Source: Minisyncoccia bacterium
GTDB taxonomy: Bacteria > Patescibacteriota > Minisyncoccia > Phycocordibacterales > UBA9973
Length of the DNA: 51,259 bases
Assembly: GCA_965656375.1 (NCBI GenBank)
Contig: CBFHKH010000001.1
Location: forward strand, 79,432-130,690
Reading direction: 5' to 3'
This document shows, piece after piece, positions 36,837-47,158 of this stretch. Under the pieces are notes generated by a model. It did no database searches and was not told the DNA's origin. It saw only the letters and a list, made by a program, of their open reading frames with translations. Made by a program: the position numbers and the translations under genes. Numbering within the stretch: position 1 is the first letter of the stretch; the number at the start of each line of letters is the position of its first letter.

Positions 36837-39800
36837 ATGGTAAAAATGTTGTTTAGAAAATGTGTAGTTCTTGCAGTTTTTATTGCTGCAACATCGAAGT
36901 TACATGCACAGGCACAGGAAAATAATCCAATCAGTAAGATCACGATTGCGTCCCCAACGGCTGCATCACTTGGAAAATATGCTGATATACCTGTCAATTA
37001 TCATACTGGCATCCCCAAAGTTGATATACCTATTTATACAGTCTCTGCGGGACCATTATCATTGCCAATAAGCCTGAGTTATCATGCAGGGGGACTTAAA
37101 GTCCAAGAACCTGCAAGCTGGGTTGGAGCTGGCTGGGCATTGAATGCGGGAGGCGTGATAACCAGGAGCGTTATGGGCTCTCCTGATGAAAAGGGTACAA
37201 ATAACGGCGGGATCGAATTTAACGGTCATTTTAGCGATTATGGATATAATAATTATATCTGGAATCCGACATTGGGAGGGGGTAATTTCACAGGTGGTGA
37301 AGATTGGAAATTTGTTGCAGAAGGAAGACTGGATGGAGAGCCGGATCTTTTCTTTTTTAATTTTGGAGAATATAGCGGTAAATTTTATTTCCGGGACGAC
37401 AGGACGCCTGTTATCGTACCCGAGGCCGATTTTAAAATTGAACCTTATTATAATCCGCAGGGCAATATAAAAAGCATTCAAAGTTTTATAATAACCACTC
37501 CTGATGGGGTTAAATACTATTTTGGACAAACACCAGGTTTAACAGGTGTGGTGCCCATAGAAATTACCAATCCGGCAACACCCAACAATGGCGTTTCATC
37601 AGCTAATGTATATTCTAGCTGGTACTTAAATAAAATTACCACCGCTGATGAGCAGTTTTCTATTACACTCACCTATGCCACGGAAGACTACGGGTATCAT
37701 ACAGTTTCAATGTTCCCTATTGATGGTTCAGAACCGGCAGGAGGATACCCCACTTTTGGCGCAGCTCATGGGTATGACCTGGTAAAAAATATGGTTCATG
37801 GGGTAAGACTTAGCCAAATATCATTTCCTAACGGAACTGTTATTTTTTCAACCGATGGTATGTCTGCAAGATCAGATCTTAGTGATACAAATCCCTATTA
37901 TAATGCAGATGGATTAAATCAAAACGCAAAACCACTTGGAGCAATTGTGATCACGGATGGTACAAATCCTGTAAAGAAGTTTAATTTTTCATACGGATAT
38001 TTTGAAGATAATACAACACCCATACCACAGGATATAGCCAATTTTGCTCCTAATTTATTCACTGATAAAAAGCGATTGAGGCTTGACCAGGTCCAGGAAA
38101 TATCCGGTGATAATTCATTAAACAAACCACCCTATAGTTTTACTTATTTTAGTGAGCAGGTTCCCCGTCGGTTGAGTTTTAGCATCGATCATTGGGGTTT
38201 TAATAACGGGGTCACTAATAATACAGGATTAATACCCTCCTACCTTGAAACTACATTTAGCCATACAACCTCTCACCCCGGTGCCGACAGGGACTCTTAC
38301 TGGCCGGCAATGAGAGCAGGAAGTTTGCAGCAAATAAATTATCCTACCGGGGGATTCTCTCTTTTTGAGTTCGAAGCTAATACTGTTTATAATACCAACA
38401 CATCTAATGTTAATGTGCCATTGAGTAATCTAACTGTACATCTTTATGGCCAGAATACGTATACAAACAGCTCCGTATTTACAAGCAATGGGGCTTTTAT
38501 GAATCTTTCTGTAAACAACGGCACCAATTATCCTGCAGTATTTACCATCACAGATAACACTAATACCATTATTCATACCCAGAGTGTTCCGGAATATCAG
38601 AATTTCAGTGGTACCGTACCAATGTATCCGCAGGGAACTTATACTGCTAGGCTTACAATAAATAACAACTCTACAGGTGGTGCCCAATCTTCATTATCGC
38701 AATGGCAAACTGTTACAACAATCAATGACGTAATTGTTGGTGGCAACAGAATAAAAAAAATAACACATAATGACGGAGTTACAACAAATAACATGATCAC
38801 TAATTATGATTACAATGCTGATAATAATCATTCAAGCGCTATTTTATTCAGCAGGCCCGCTTATGTAGGTATTTTAAGAAATGATTTTATCAGGGATGTT
38901 GGCCTCCTGGATCCTTACTACGGTTACCAACCCACTTATGGAACTTATGGTTGTGCATATTGCAACTTGGATGGGGTGTGTTATTTCAAGTCGACTAACA
39001 GCATACGCCCGATGGCAACAACACAAGGTAATCCTTTAGGCTATTCACAGGTAAAAGTGTCACAAACAGGCAATGGCTATAGTATTTATAAATACTACGG
39101 TCCTACAAATGTTCAACCCTGGCAGGTTAATAACGGCGATATAGCTGTACGTACTGTAAACAGGCAAAATTGTGATAATAATTCTCAAAGTTATCCCTTT
39201 GCCCCATTGCCATATGATTTTCTGCGTGGCGAATTAAAGTATGAAGCACGCTTTAATGAGGCCAGTCAAATGCTTCAGGAAAAAATATATACGCCGGTTT
39301 ATGTAAACAATCCCATAAAGACACCGGGGCTGATTGCAACATCTACCGGAGCAGGTACTATCTTATCTACCAAATATGAATTAACCACAGCCCGTAAAAC
39401 ACAATCACAAGTAATTGAAACAAATTATGACCCGGCAACCAATACATCTTTAACAACAACCAGTACCTCGTACTTTGAAAGTCCGTTTCATAATAATGCT
39501 ACCCGAACTTCTGCTACAAACTCGAAAAATGAAGTATTGGAAACAAAGATGAAGTATGCTTTTGACTTCAGGATATCAAACTGTGAAAGTATTAGTGATG
39601 GATATGCACAATACAATACCGATTGTGCCACATGCCTTGCCAATAAAAATGCAGCCACTACAGCTTGTGGCAGTAATAATATTTGCCGAACCAATGCATA
39701 TCTCACTTATATGCATTGCCTGAACACTGCTAGGTCAAACTGGGTTGCTTACAGGCGTACAAATTTTACCGATCCGGTAAATACTTTTAAAACAAATCAT

Positions 39801-41006
39801 GATAATGCGAAAACAGGAGCAGATGCTGAATTAAAACCCATTTTGCAGCTCCAGGATGATTATTCAAACAACGCAATTGAAACTTCGAAATGGAAAAACG
39901 GCAATTTACTTGGCTCTACCTTCAGCAGGTTTGATTACAGTTCAAATCCGGCTGGTAAAGTATATATAAATAAGGTACAGACAATTAACCTGGGTGCTGC
40001 TTCTTCCACTTTCACTATTTCAAATACTAATGGAAGCAATAATGGTTTAATTAAAGACAACCGTTACCAAGATGAATCTTTTGCTAAATTCTACAATGGT
40101 AACCTGGCTGAGCTAACCTCCAGGGATGGCATAACCACTGCCTACATTTGGGGCTATAACAATACCTTGCCGATTGTAAAATCAATTGGAGTAAGCCATA
40201 GTACTTTATTATCAGCTTATAACGCAGTTGGAGGCAATCTTTCTCAACTTCGAAGCCAGCCTTCTATAAGCGGCGCCCAGTTAAATACGTATGTGTATAC
40301 ACCAATAACCGGAATGACTGCTGAAACAGATGTGAATGGAAAGAGTATGACCTATGAATATGATGCATTGCAAAGATTGCTACTGATCAGGGACTTTAAT
40401 AATAATATCATTAAGCAGTATGAGTACAAATACCAGGTTATGCCTCCGTCCGGCGCAGCTCAATGGATTGCCACCGGAGCCACCCGCTGTAAACCATGCC
40501 CGCAAAACAACAATTACATCAGCAATATTTTGCAGCAGGAGGAAAAGGATAACAATCCTCAAAGTGCCAGCTATAATACGCTACGCTGGACAGATATTGG
40601 TATTAGCAATGTTTGTGTATCAGTTGCAGATTGGCAAAATTCTTCTTTGGCTATACGTTGCCGGGTGTCGGATATTTCCGGCCAAAATACAGGCGAACAG
40701 GAACAGCAACAAATAGATATGAACCCATGCAGCAGTACCTACGGTCAGACAAGGTGGGTTGTGGTAGGTATTAATTACAGCATTTGCCCGCTTCCTGCAG
40801 GTTGCAGCAGCACAAACTGCACCGGGGTAGATAAAAAGTGTATTAACAATAATTGTGAAACAGGATCCAAAGTATATACAGGATCATACTTTGACAAAAA
40901 GACCGGGCAGTGGATGTGTATTTATCATTACCACTGGAGCGATGGAAGCAATAGTGTCGATTATTACGAACCTTCAACCGGGCAATGTATGTCAGGCGGA
41001 CTCTAA
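36837..41006 (+). CDS. Exported YD/RHS-repeat protein with an SpvB/TcB-like N-terminus and a Cys-rich C-terminal extension
   Basis: Signal peptide ending LHA|Q; TGIPKVDIPIY...LSLSYH...WVGAGWAL; YD-like repeats such as YEYDALQRL; no DPxG core motif seen. Confidence 0.8.
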   Translation: MVKMLFRKCVVLAVFIAATSKLHAQAQENNPISKITIASPTAASLGKYADIPVNYHTGIPKVDIPIYTVSAGPLSLPISLSYHAGGLKVQEPASWVGAGWALNAGGVITRSVMGSPDEKGTNNGGIEFNGHFSDYGYNNYIWNPTLGGGNFTGGEDWKFVAEGRLDGEPDLFFFNFGEYSGKFYFRDDRTPVIVPEADFKIEPYYNPQGNIKSIQSFIITTPDGVKYYFGQTPGLTGVVPIEITNPATPNNGVSSANVYSSWYLNKITTADEQFSITLTYATEDYGYHTVSMFPIDGSEPAGGYPTFGAAHGYDLVKNMVHGVRLSQISFPNGTVIFSTDGMSARSDLSDTNPYYNADGLNQNAKPLGAIVITDGTNPVKKFNFSYGYFEDNTTPIPQDIANFAPNLFTDKKRLRLDQVQEISGDNSLNKPPYSFTYFSEQVPRRLSFSIDHWGFNNGVTNNTGLIPSYLETTFSHTTSHPGADRDSYWPAMRAGSLQQINYPTGGFSLFEFEANTVYNTNTSNVNVPLSNLTVHLYGQNTYTNSSVFTSNGAFMNLSVNNGTNYPAVFTITDNTNTIIHTQSVPEYQNFSGTVPMYPQGTYTARLTINNNSTGGAQSSLSQWQTVTTINDVIVGGNRIKKITHNDGVTTNNMITNYDYNADNNHSSAILFSRPAYVGILRNDFIRDVGLLDPYYGYQPTYGTYGCAYCNLDGVCYFKSTNSIRPMATTQGNPLGYSQVKVSQTGNGYSIYKYYGPTNVQPWQVNNGDIAVRTVNRQNCDNNSQSYPFAPLPYDFLRGELKYEARFNEASQMLQEKIYTPVYVNNPIKTPGLIATSTGAGTILSTKYELTTARKTQSQVIETNYDPATNTSLTTTSTSYFESPFHNNATRTSATNSKNEVLETKMKYAFDFRISNCESISDGYAQYNTDCATCLANKNAATTACGSNNICRTNAYLTYMHCLNTARSNWVAYRRTNFTDPVNTFKTNHDNAKTGADAELKPILQLQDDYSNNAIETSKWKNGNLLGSTFSRFDYSSNPAGKVYINKVQTINLGAASSTFTISNTNGSNNGLIKDNRYQDESFAKFYNGNLAELTSRDGITTAYIWGYNNTLPIVKSIGVSHSTLLSAYNAVGGNLSQLRSQPSISGAQLNTYVYTPITGMTAETDVNGKSMTYEYDALQRLLLIRDFNNNIIKQYEYKYQVMPPSGAAQWIATGATRCKPCPQNNNYISNILQQEEKDNNPQSASYNTLRWTDIGISNVCVSVADWQNSSLAIRCRVSDISGQNTGEQEQQQIDMNPCSSTYGQTRWVVVGINYSICPLPAGCSSTNCTGVDKKCINNNCETGSKVYTGSYFDKKTGQWMCIYHYHWSDGSNSVDYYEPSTGQCMSGGL

Positions 41007-41017
41007 AAATATTAACA

Positions 41018-41545
41018 ATGAAATTATTAGCAACCTTATTATTGATTACGGGAGGTTTCCTTCCTTCCAGTATTTATACAAAGCAATTTACCAACCTGGA
41101 GGGCACCAATATAAGCCTGGCGCAATATCAGGGTAAAAGAATTTTACTGGTAAATGTTGCCTCGCAAAGCGAATATGCCGCTGAGCAGTTGCCGCAACTG
41201 GAACAATTGTACCAGCAACATAAAGACAGCCTAGTGGTAATCGCATTCTCGTCAAATGACTTTGGTAATGAACCACGCACTGATGCAGAGATTAAATTGT
41301 TGATGCAGTACAGTTATGATGTTCATTTTCCGGTATCAGTAAAGTGTACAGTTAATGACGGCGTTGCAAACACCCATCCTGTTTATGTCTGGCTTCAAAA
41401 TCAAAATGAGAATGGGAGCCTGGGGGTGAAAGTGCAAAAGGATTTTCAAAAATATGTAATAGATAAGGATGGAACACTGATCGGCGTTTTTGGAGCTAAG
41501 ACAAAGCCAATGGACAGTGCGATCATTAAAACCATCACACAATAA
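41018..41545 (+). CDS. Glutathione-peroxidase-like (thioredoxin-fold) exported protein lacking the peroxidatic Cys
   Basis: YQGKRILLVNVASQSEY, AFSSNDFG.EP, HPVYVWL and FQKYVIDKDG align by eye with GPx motifs. Confidence 0.8.
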   Translation: MKLLATLLLITGGFLPSSIYTKQFTNLEGTNISLAQYQGKRILLVNVASQSEYAAEQLPQLEQLYQQHKDSLVVIAFSSNDFGNEPRTDAEIKLLMQYSYDVHFPVSVKCTVNDGVANTHPVYVWLQNQNENGSLGVKVQKDFQKYVIDKDGTLIGVFGAKTKPMDSAIIKTITQ

Positions 41546-41572
41546 TATTCATACCTACTAATTGTAATAAAT

Positions 41573-44500
41573 ATGGCTTCGAGAAAACTCTATACCCTGC
41601 TGCTTCTATCCATGGTATTTGGCTCTTATGCAATGGCTCAAACACCAGCGCCATACCAGCCCAATGTTAAAATAAATTATATCAGGGAATGGTCTCCCAC
41701 AGCACCTATAACAGATGCCACACAGGTGCCAATACGTGTAGTTGAAGAGGTAAAAACTTCAACAGCCTACGTTGACGGCTTGGGAAGGCCCTTACAGAGT
41801 ATCAGTAAACAGGCCTCGCCGTTAAAAAAAGATTTAGTGAGTGCGGTTGTATATGATGAATTGGGAAGAGAAACATATAAGCACCTCCCTTTTGTTTCTT
41901 CCAACACAACCGGAGGTTCTGAAATTACTGATAATGGTTCTTTTAAATTGAATCCTTTTCAGCAGCAACAGATATTTATGACAGCGCAGTATGGCAGCCA
42001 AGGTGAAACCTATTTTTATAGCCAGACCGATTATGAAGCGTCACCTTTAAACAGACCAGTAAAGAGTTTTGCGCCGGGTAACAGCTGGGTGGGCAGCAGG
42101 GGAACCGGAAATGAAAAATCTGTGCAGCAGCAATATAGCTTTAATAGTGTGAATGATGAGGTAAAGGTATTTACTATTTCTGCTGCACAAGGGAGCTTTC
42201 CAACCAGCAATTCGGATTATGGTCCGGGTCAATTGTTTAAGAATACGGCAATAGATGAACGTGGTAATAAGGTGGTGGAATTTAAAGACAAAGAAGGTAA
42301 GATAATATTAAAAAAAGTTCAGGCAGCAAATTCTGTAGCAGACGGACATGACGGTTGGCTTTGTACCTACTATATTTATGATGAGTTTGGACAGCTTCGC
42401 TTTGTATTGCCTCCAAAAGCTACAGAGGCATATATTAATAATGCATCCATTAGCAGTCTAGCAGATGAACTCTGCTACAGGTATGAATACGATGTCCGTC
42501 ACAGAATGATTATCAAAAAGTTGCCCGGTTCAGCAGAGATTTGGCTGGTATATGATTCCAGGGACAGGCTGGTGATGATGCAGGATGGTAATTTACGAAG
42601 CAGTAGTAAATGGGTTGTTACGGTATATGATATATTGAACAGACCGATACAAACTGGATTATTAACAGATGCTAATACAACATTTGCCACACACCAGAAT
42701 AATGCAGCTGGGTCAGCCAATTACCCACCAACAAGCGGATTTGAACTGTTGGGCGAAAATTATTACGATGATTATAGCTGGGTGGCTGCAAGCGGTACAT
42801 CGCTAACTGCAACAGTTGATGCAGCCAATTTTAACAACAACGATTATTTTATCACCAGTTATAATGCAGCACCGGCTTATGCATTGCCACTTGCAGCAAA
42901 TTATAATATTAAAGGGTTACCAACGGGAATCAAATTAAAAGTATTGGGTACAACAAATCAGTTTATTTACTCTGTTTTGTTTTATGATGAGAAAGGAAGA
43001 GCTATACAATCACAAGTAATCAATATAAGCGGGGGCAAAGATATTACCACTACGCAATATGATTTTAGCGGTAAGCCTTTGAGAAGTTTGATTCAACATA
43101 ATAAGGGTGGTAACAATCCTCAAAGCCATACGATAATAACGAAATTGGAATACGACCATTTGGGTAGAATTACTTATGTACGTAAAAAAATTACATCGGT
43201 AGTAAATAATCAGAATATAACCACACCGGAAAGAACTCTTATACAGAATAATTATGATGAATTGGGTCAGCTTAAAGCAAAAAAAATTGGTAACAAACCA
43301 GGCAGCGTTGAAGAGCTGGAAGCTCTTAATTATGATTATAATATACATGGCTGGCTGCTGGGTGTTAACAGGAATTATATAAATGCGGCATCAGCAGATG
43401 GAAACTATTTTGGTTTTGAATTAGGTTATGATAAACAGGCTGCTGCAGTAACTGGCACTAATTATACTAACCCCCAATTTAACGGTAATATCAGCGGCAG
43501 TACCTGGAAAAGCAAGGGGGATAATGAAAGGCGTAAATACGATTTTACTTATGATAATGTGAACCGGCTTTTACGGGCGGATTTCTCGCAGTACACAGGA
43601 GGCAGTTTTAATACCAGTGCTGGTGTGGATTTTACGCTTATAATGGGTATTAACGGCCAGGATTATACCAGTGCCTACGATGCCAACGGAAACATAAAAA
43701 AAATGCAACAGTGGGGGCTGAAAATAAATGCCAGTGCACAGATTGATGATCTTGATTACAGCTATTACGACAATAGTAATAAACTTAAAAATGTACGGGA
43801 TGCGCTGAATGATGCAACAAGCAAACTGGGCGATTTTAAAACCTCCGGATTTCACCCGCAGAATTCATCAAAAGCAGCGGCTACGACACAAACACTAAGG
43901 GATGCCATAACTGACTATACTTATGACGCCAACGGAAATTTAAAAAGGGATTACAACAAGGATATTGGTGATGCTGGTACCGATGGTATGCTGTATAATT
44001 TTTTAAATCTGCCCTCTGTAATTACTGTAAAAAAAGATGCAACGGTAAATAATAACAAAGGTACAATCACTTATACCTATGATGCCAGCGGGGCAAAACT
44101 CAAAAAGGAAACACAGGAATTAAACAGTACTGTAGCATATAATGGAACAAACTATATCAGTAATATTATAACGGTTACCACTTATATTGCCGGGTTTGTT
44201 TACCAATCCAAAAATTACAGCAATACAGCCTTGGCTTCATTAAATGAGGATGAAATATTACAGTTTACCGGGCAGGAAGAAGGAAGGATACGGTTTATAC
44301 CTGCAACCGGCAACAAGCCTGCAGATTTTGCCTACGATTATTTTATAAAGGACCACCTGGGTAATACACGCATGGTGCTTACAGACGAAATGCAGCAGGA
44401 TATTTACCCTGCAGCCTCTCTAGAACCGGCATTGGTGAATACTGAAAGTGCATTCTATACCATTGACCAAGGTCGCATTGAATCAAAGACAGCCATTATA

Positions 44501-46093
44501 GGGATGAATAATATCAATTATCCCAATAATAATGGTATACTTAATAATAATCCAGACTGTGGTAGCGGCACTTTGTGTACTACCGATAACAGCACCAAAC
44601 TATACCGCCTTAAAAGCAATGAGGTTCAAACCGGTTTGGGAATTACCTTAAAAGTAATGGCTGGCGACAGGCTGGATGTGTTTGGAAAAAGCTTTTATAA
44701 CCAGAACAATCCTGGAAGTGGATATAGTAATACTTTACCGATACTTGACCTGCTGGCAGGATTTTTAAACAGTTCCGGGGGTATTGTATCTCAAAGCAAG
44801 GGAGCAGTAACACCCGCACAGATAAATACAACACAGGGTACACAGGGCATCAATAGTATGACGCTTCAGCAAACCAATCAGCATAGTAATTATCCCCTTA
44901 GACCACTTGCTTTCATTAACGTAATATTCTTTGACGAACAGCTAAAAGCGGTTGATTATAAAGTTAGTATGGTGGGCGATAACGGTGTTTTGAAAGATCA
45001 TTATACAGAGTTGCAAAATCTAACAGTTCCAAAGAATGGATTTGTGTATATTTACTGTAGTAATGAAACTCAGGTAAATGTGTTCTTTGACAATATTCAG
45101 GTTGTACATACAAGAGGGCCTATTCTTGAAGAAACACATTATTATCCATTCGGTTTGATAATGACTGGAATAAGTACCACTGCAAGTAATAAACTGGAAA
45201 ATAAAAATAAATTTAATAGGGGCACAGAATTAAATACTGATTTTTCACTTAATATATATGAAACGGATTTTAGAAATTATGATGCACAAATAGGGAAATT
45301 TTTCCAAATAGATCCACTTGCAGATGCCATTGATTTTCAAAGCCCATATTCTTTTGCGGATAACAACCCAGTATCATTAAATGACCCATTAGGACTTGAG
45401 GCTGAGGAGGCAGATTCCGATAAGGGTAAAAAGGGAAAGAAGCAATCTAAGGAATCTTCTTCCAATCAACACACTCCCAAAAAAGTAGTAGTGCCTGGCA
45501 AAACTGTTGCCAGAGTTACACCGGTTTCGCCAACACCGGTGCCTCTTCCTCCTGTGCCCCCACCTAGCGTAACACCTACACCGGTTGAGCCACCAATTCC
45601 AACTCCAACTACACCACCAATTCCTGAGGTGAATCCGCTGCCAGAACCGACACCTGTTCCAGCTCCTCTTTTACTCCCTGCTGTATTTACTGCGATTCTC
45701 GTCGGGATACCAATTTCTACTGGAACCGAAATTACTCCACAAGAAAAAGAAAAATTTTGGTGGGATAAAACGAGATATGATCCTTATCCGGGACATGGAA
45801 ATAAAAAAGAAAATCGGAATAATCATATTGTTTATTGTTTTACTTTTACTCCGATTGATGGATTGACGCCTGTACTAAAATATGGTATTTCTGATGAATT
45901 TAGGTATAGCTTAGATAGACCTGAAAGACAATTATATGGCCTACAATTGAAATATGGATGGAGCGTTAAATTAACAATTTTGATGCGTGCGCCTAATAGA
46001 GAGTTAGCTCTGTTATATGAACAGCAGCTCGTAATTAATCATCAATTAGCTTGGAAAGGAGCGAATCCTAGAGCACAGTTTAGGCCATTTTAG
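41573..46093 (+). CDS. Exported RHS repeat-associated-core polymorphic toxin (DUF6443-like N-terminus)
   Basis: Signal peptide ending AMA|Q, YVDGLGRPLQ, YFIKDHLGNTR, ETHYYPFG, RNYDAQIGKFFQIDP, NNPVSLNDPLG, then a variable tip. Confidence 0.9.
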   Translation: MASRKLYTLLLLSMVFGSYAMAQTPAPYQPNVKINYIREWSPTAPITDATQVPIRVVEEVKTSTAYVDGLGRPLQSISKQASPLKKDLVSAVVYDELGRETYKHLPFVSSNTTGGSEITDNGSFKLNPFQQQQIFMTAQYGSQGETYFYSQTDYEASPLNRPVKSFAPGNSWVGSRGTGNEKSVQQQYSFNSVNDEVKVFTISAAQGSFPTSNSDYGPGQLFKNTAIDERGNKVVEFKDKEGKIILKKVQAANSVADGHDGWLCTYYIYDEFGQLRFVLPPKATEAYINNASISSLADELCYRYEYDVRHRMIIKKLPGSAEIWLVYDSRDRLVMMQDGNLRSSSKWVVTVYDILNRPIQTGLLTDANTTFATHQNNAAGSANYPPTSGFELLGENYYDDYSWVAASGTSLTATVDAANFNNNDYFITSYNAAPAYALPLAANYNIKGLPTGIKLKVLGTTNQFIYSVLFYDEKGRAIQSQVINISGGKDITTTQYDFSGKPLRSLIQHNKGGNNPQSHTIITKLEYDHLGRITYVRKKITSVVNNQNITTPERTLIQNNYDELGQLKAKKIGNKPGSVEELEALNYDYNIHGWLLGVNRNYINAASADGNYFGFELGYDKQAAAVTGTNYTNPQFNGNISGSTWKSKGDNERRKYDFTYDNVNRLLRADFSQYTGGSFNTSAGVDFTLIMGINGQDYTSAYDANGNIKKMQQWGLKINASAQIDDLDYSYYDNSNKLKNVRDALNDATSKLGDFKTSGFHPQNSSKAAATTQTLRDAITDYTYDANGNLKRDYNKDIGDAGTDGMLYNFLNLPSVITVKKDATVNNNKGTITYTYDASGAKLKKETQELNSTVAYNGTNYISNIITVTTYIAGFVYQSKNYSNTALASLNEDEILQFTGQEEGRIRFIPATGNKPADFAYDYFIKDHLGNTRMVLTDEMQQDIYPAASLEPALVNTESAFYTIDQGRIESKTAIIGMNNINYPNNNGILNNNPDCGSGTLCTTDNSTKLYRLKSNEVQTGLGITLKVMAGDRLDVFGKSFYNQNNPGSGYSNTLPILDLLAGFLNSSGGIVSQSKGAVTPAQINTTQGTQGINSMTLQQTNQHSNYPLRPLAFINVIFFDEQLKAVDYKVSMVGDNGVLKDHYTELQNLTVPKNGFVYIYCSNETQVNVFFDNIQVVHTRGPILEETHYYPFGLIMTGISTTASNKLENKNKFNRGTELNTDFSLNIYETDFRNYDAQIGKFFQIDPLADAIDFQSPYSFADNNPVSLNDPLGLEAEEADSDKGKKGKKQSKESSSNQHTPKKVVVPGKTVARVTPVSPTPVPLPPVPPPSVTPTPVEPPIPTPTTPPIPEVNPLPEPTPVPAPLLLPAVFTAILVGIPISTGTEITPQEKEKFWWDKTRYDPYPGHGNKKENRNNHIVYCFTFTPIDGLTPVLKYGISDEFRYSLDRPERQLYGLQLKYGWSVKLTILMRAPNRELALLYEQQLVINHQLAWKGANPRAQFRPF

Positions 46094-46110
46094 AATTTTA
46101 ATTCAATAAT

Positions 46111-46944
46111 ATGAAAACACAGCTCAAATTAAATTCAGTAGTTCCTCATGGAGTCGGTAGTAGTTCAGAATCAGGAGCTATTGATTTTATATATAGTTAT
46201 CTTCTTTCCGCTTACCAGCAAGATTCTTATAGATTCATTTCAATTAACCAAATTGGTAGTGAGTTGAATGAATTTGTATTAGAAGAAAATGGAAAGCATG
46301 TTCATGTAAATATTCGCTACCCAGTATATGAAGATTTTGAAAACAAATCTGATTTTGAAAAAAACCTAATAAGACTTGAGATTATTCATTCTGCATTATT
46401 AAGAATAGCAAATGAATATAGTAAATTGAATGTCCAAAGACTAATTGAAATAAAGGAAAATATACTACTTAACAAATTCTCTTTTGATATAGAATATAAA
46501 ACACATATAAACATTAAAAAACCTAATCTTATTGCTAAAATTGTAGTCAATCCAGAAATAAATAAATTTAATTTTTTTTGTGTTATTGAAGATAAAGGAA
46601 AAGTATTGTGTAAAATCAAAATTTACTCTGGGTTAACAAACATGTATTATTTCAGAGATTTTTTCTCTATTGTGAAATGGAATTCAGATGACGAAATAAT
46701 AATTACAGGCAAAGCAAAAGAAGTAAAGATTTCTATTTTAATAAATAACTGTGAAATAAATTTTACTAACTTAACTAGGTATGAAAAACCACCGTATTTT
46801 GAGATGATGAAATCAGATGTTTCTGCAAAAGAAAGAGGGACCGCATATAATAATTGGTTGAACTCACAACCTTCAGAAATTTCAAGAGTAATTAAAGAAA
46901 ATAATGATACTTCATTCTACCCAGATTCAGCTTCCGAATCTTGA
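46111..46944 (+). CDS. Putative cognate immunity protein
   Basis: Starts 17 nt after the toxin stop and is AT-rich like the toxin tip; no recognisable family. Confidence 0.65.
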   Translation: MKTQLKLNSVVPHGVGSSSESGAIDFIYSYLLSAYQQDSYRFISINQIGSELNEFVLEENGKHVHVNIRYPVYEDFENKSDFEKNLIRLEIIHSALLRIANEYSKLNVQRLIEIKENILLNKFSFDIEYKTHINIKKPNLIAKIVVNPEINKFNFFCVIEDKGKVLCKIKIYSGLTNMYYFRDFFSIVKWNSDDEIIITGKAKEVKISILINNCEINFTNLTRYEKPPYFEMMKSDVSAKERGTAYNNWLNSQPSEISRVIKENNDTSFYPDSASES

Positions 46945-47089
46945 GGACTACCGTAGTTGTTTTTTGCCCCCGTAGTGTGTGTCACGAATGAAAAGAGTGG
47001 ATATTTCTTCCGCTGTGGGTGTTCGCTAATTCGTAAACGCCCCCGCCTTGTCTCTGACAAGTGGGCAGCACGCAAGCCCACTGCTAATT

Positions 47090-47158
47090 ATGATTACCGA
47101 CCAGAACAAGCAGATACAAAATATTGAGTACAATTATTTAAACCTACCAGCAGTGATA
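47090..47158 (+). pseudogene. Orphan RHS fragment
   Basis: Encodes ITDQNKQIQNIEYNYLNLPAVI, matching DYNK...YNFLNLPSVI in the upstream RHS gene. Confidence 0.55.

Noticed and set aside
41161-41185. Selenocysteine in the GPx-like gene
   Set aside because: The active-site codon is AGC (Ser) and there is no in-frame TGA.
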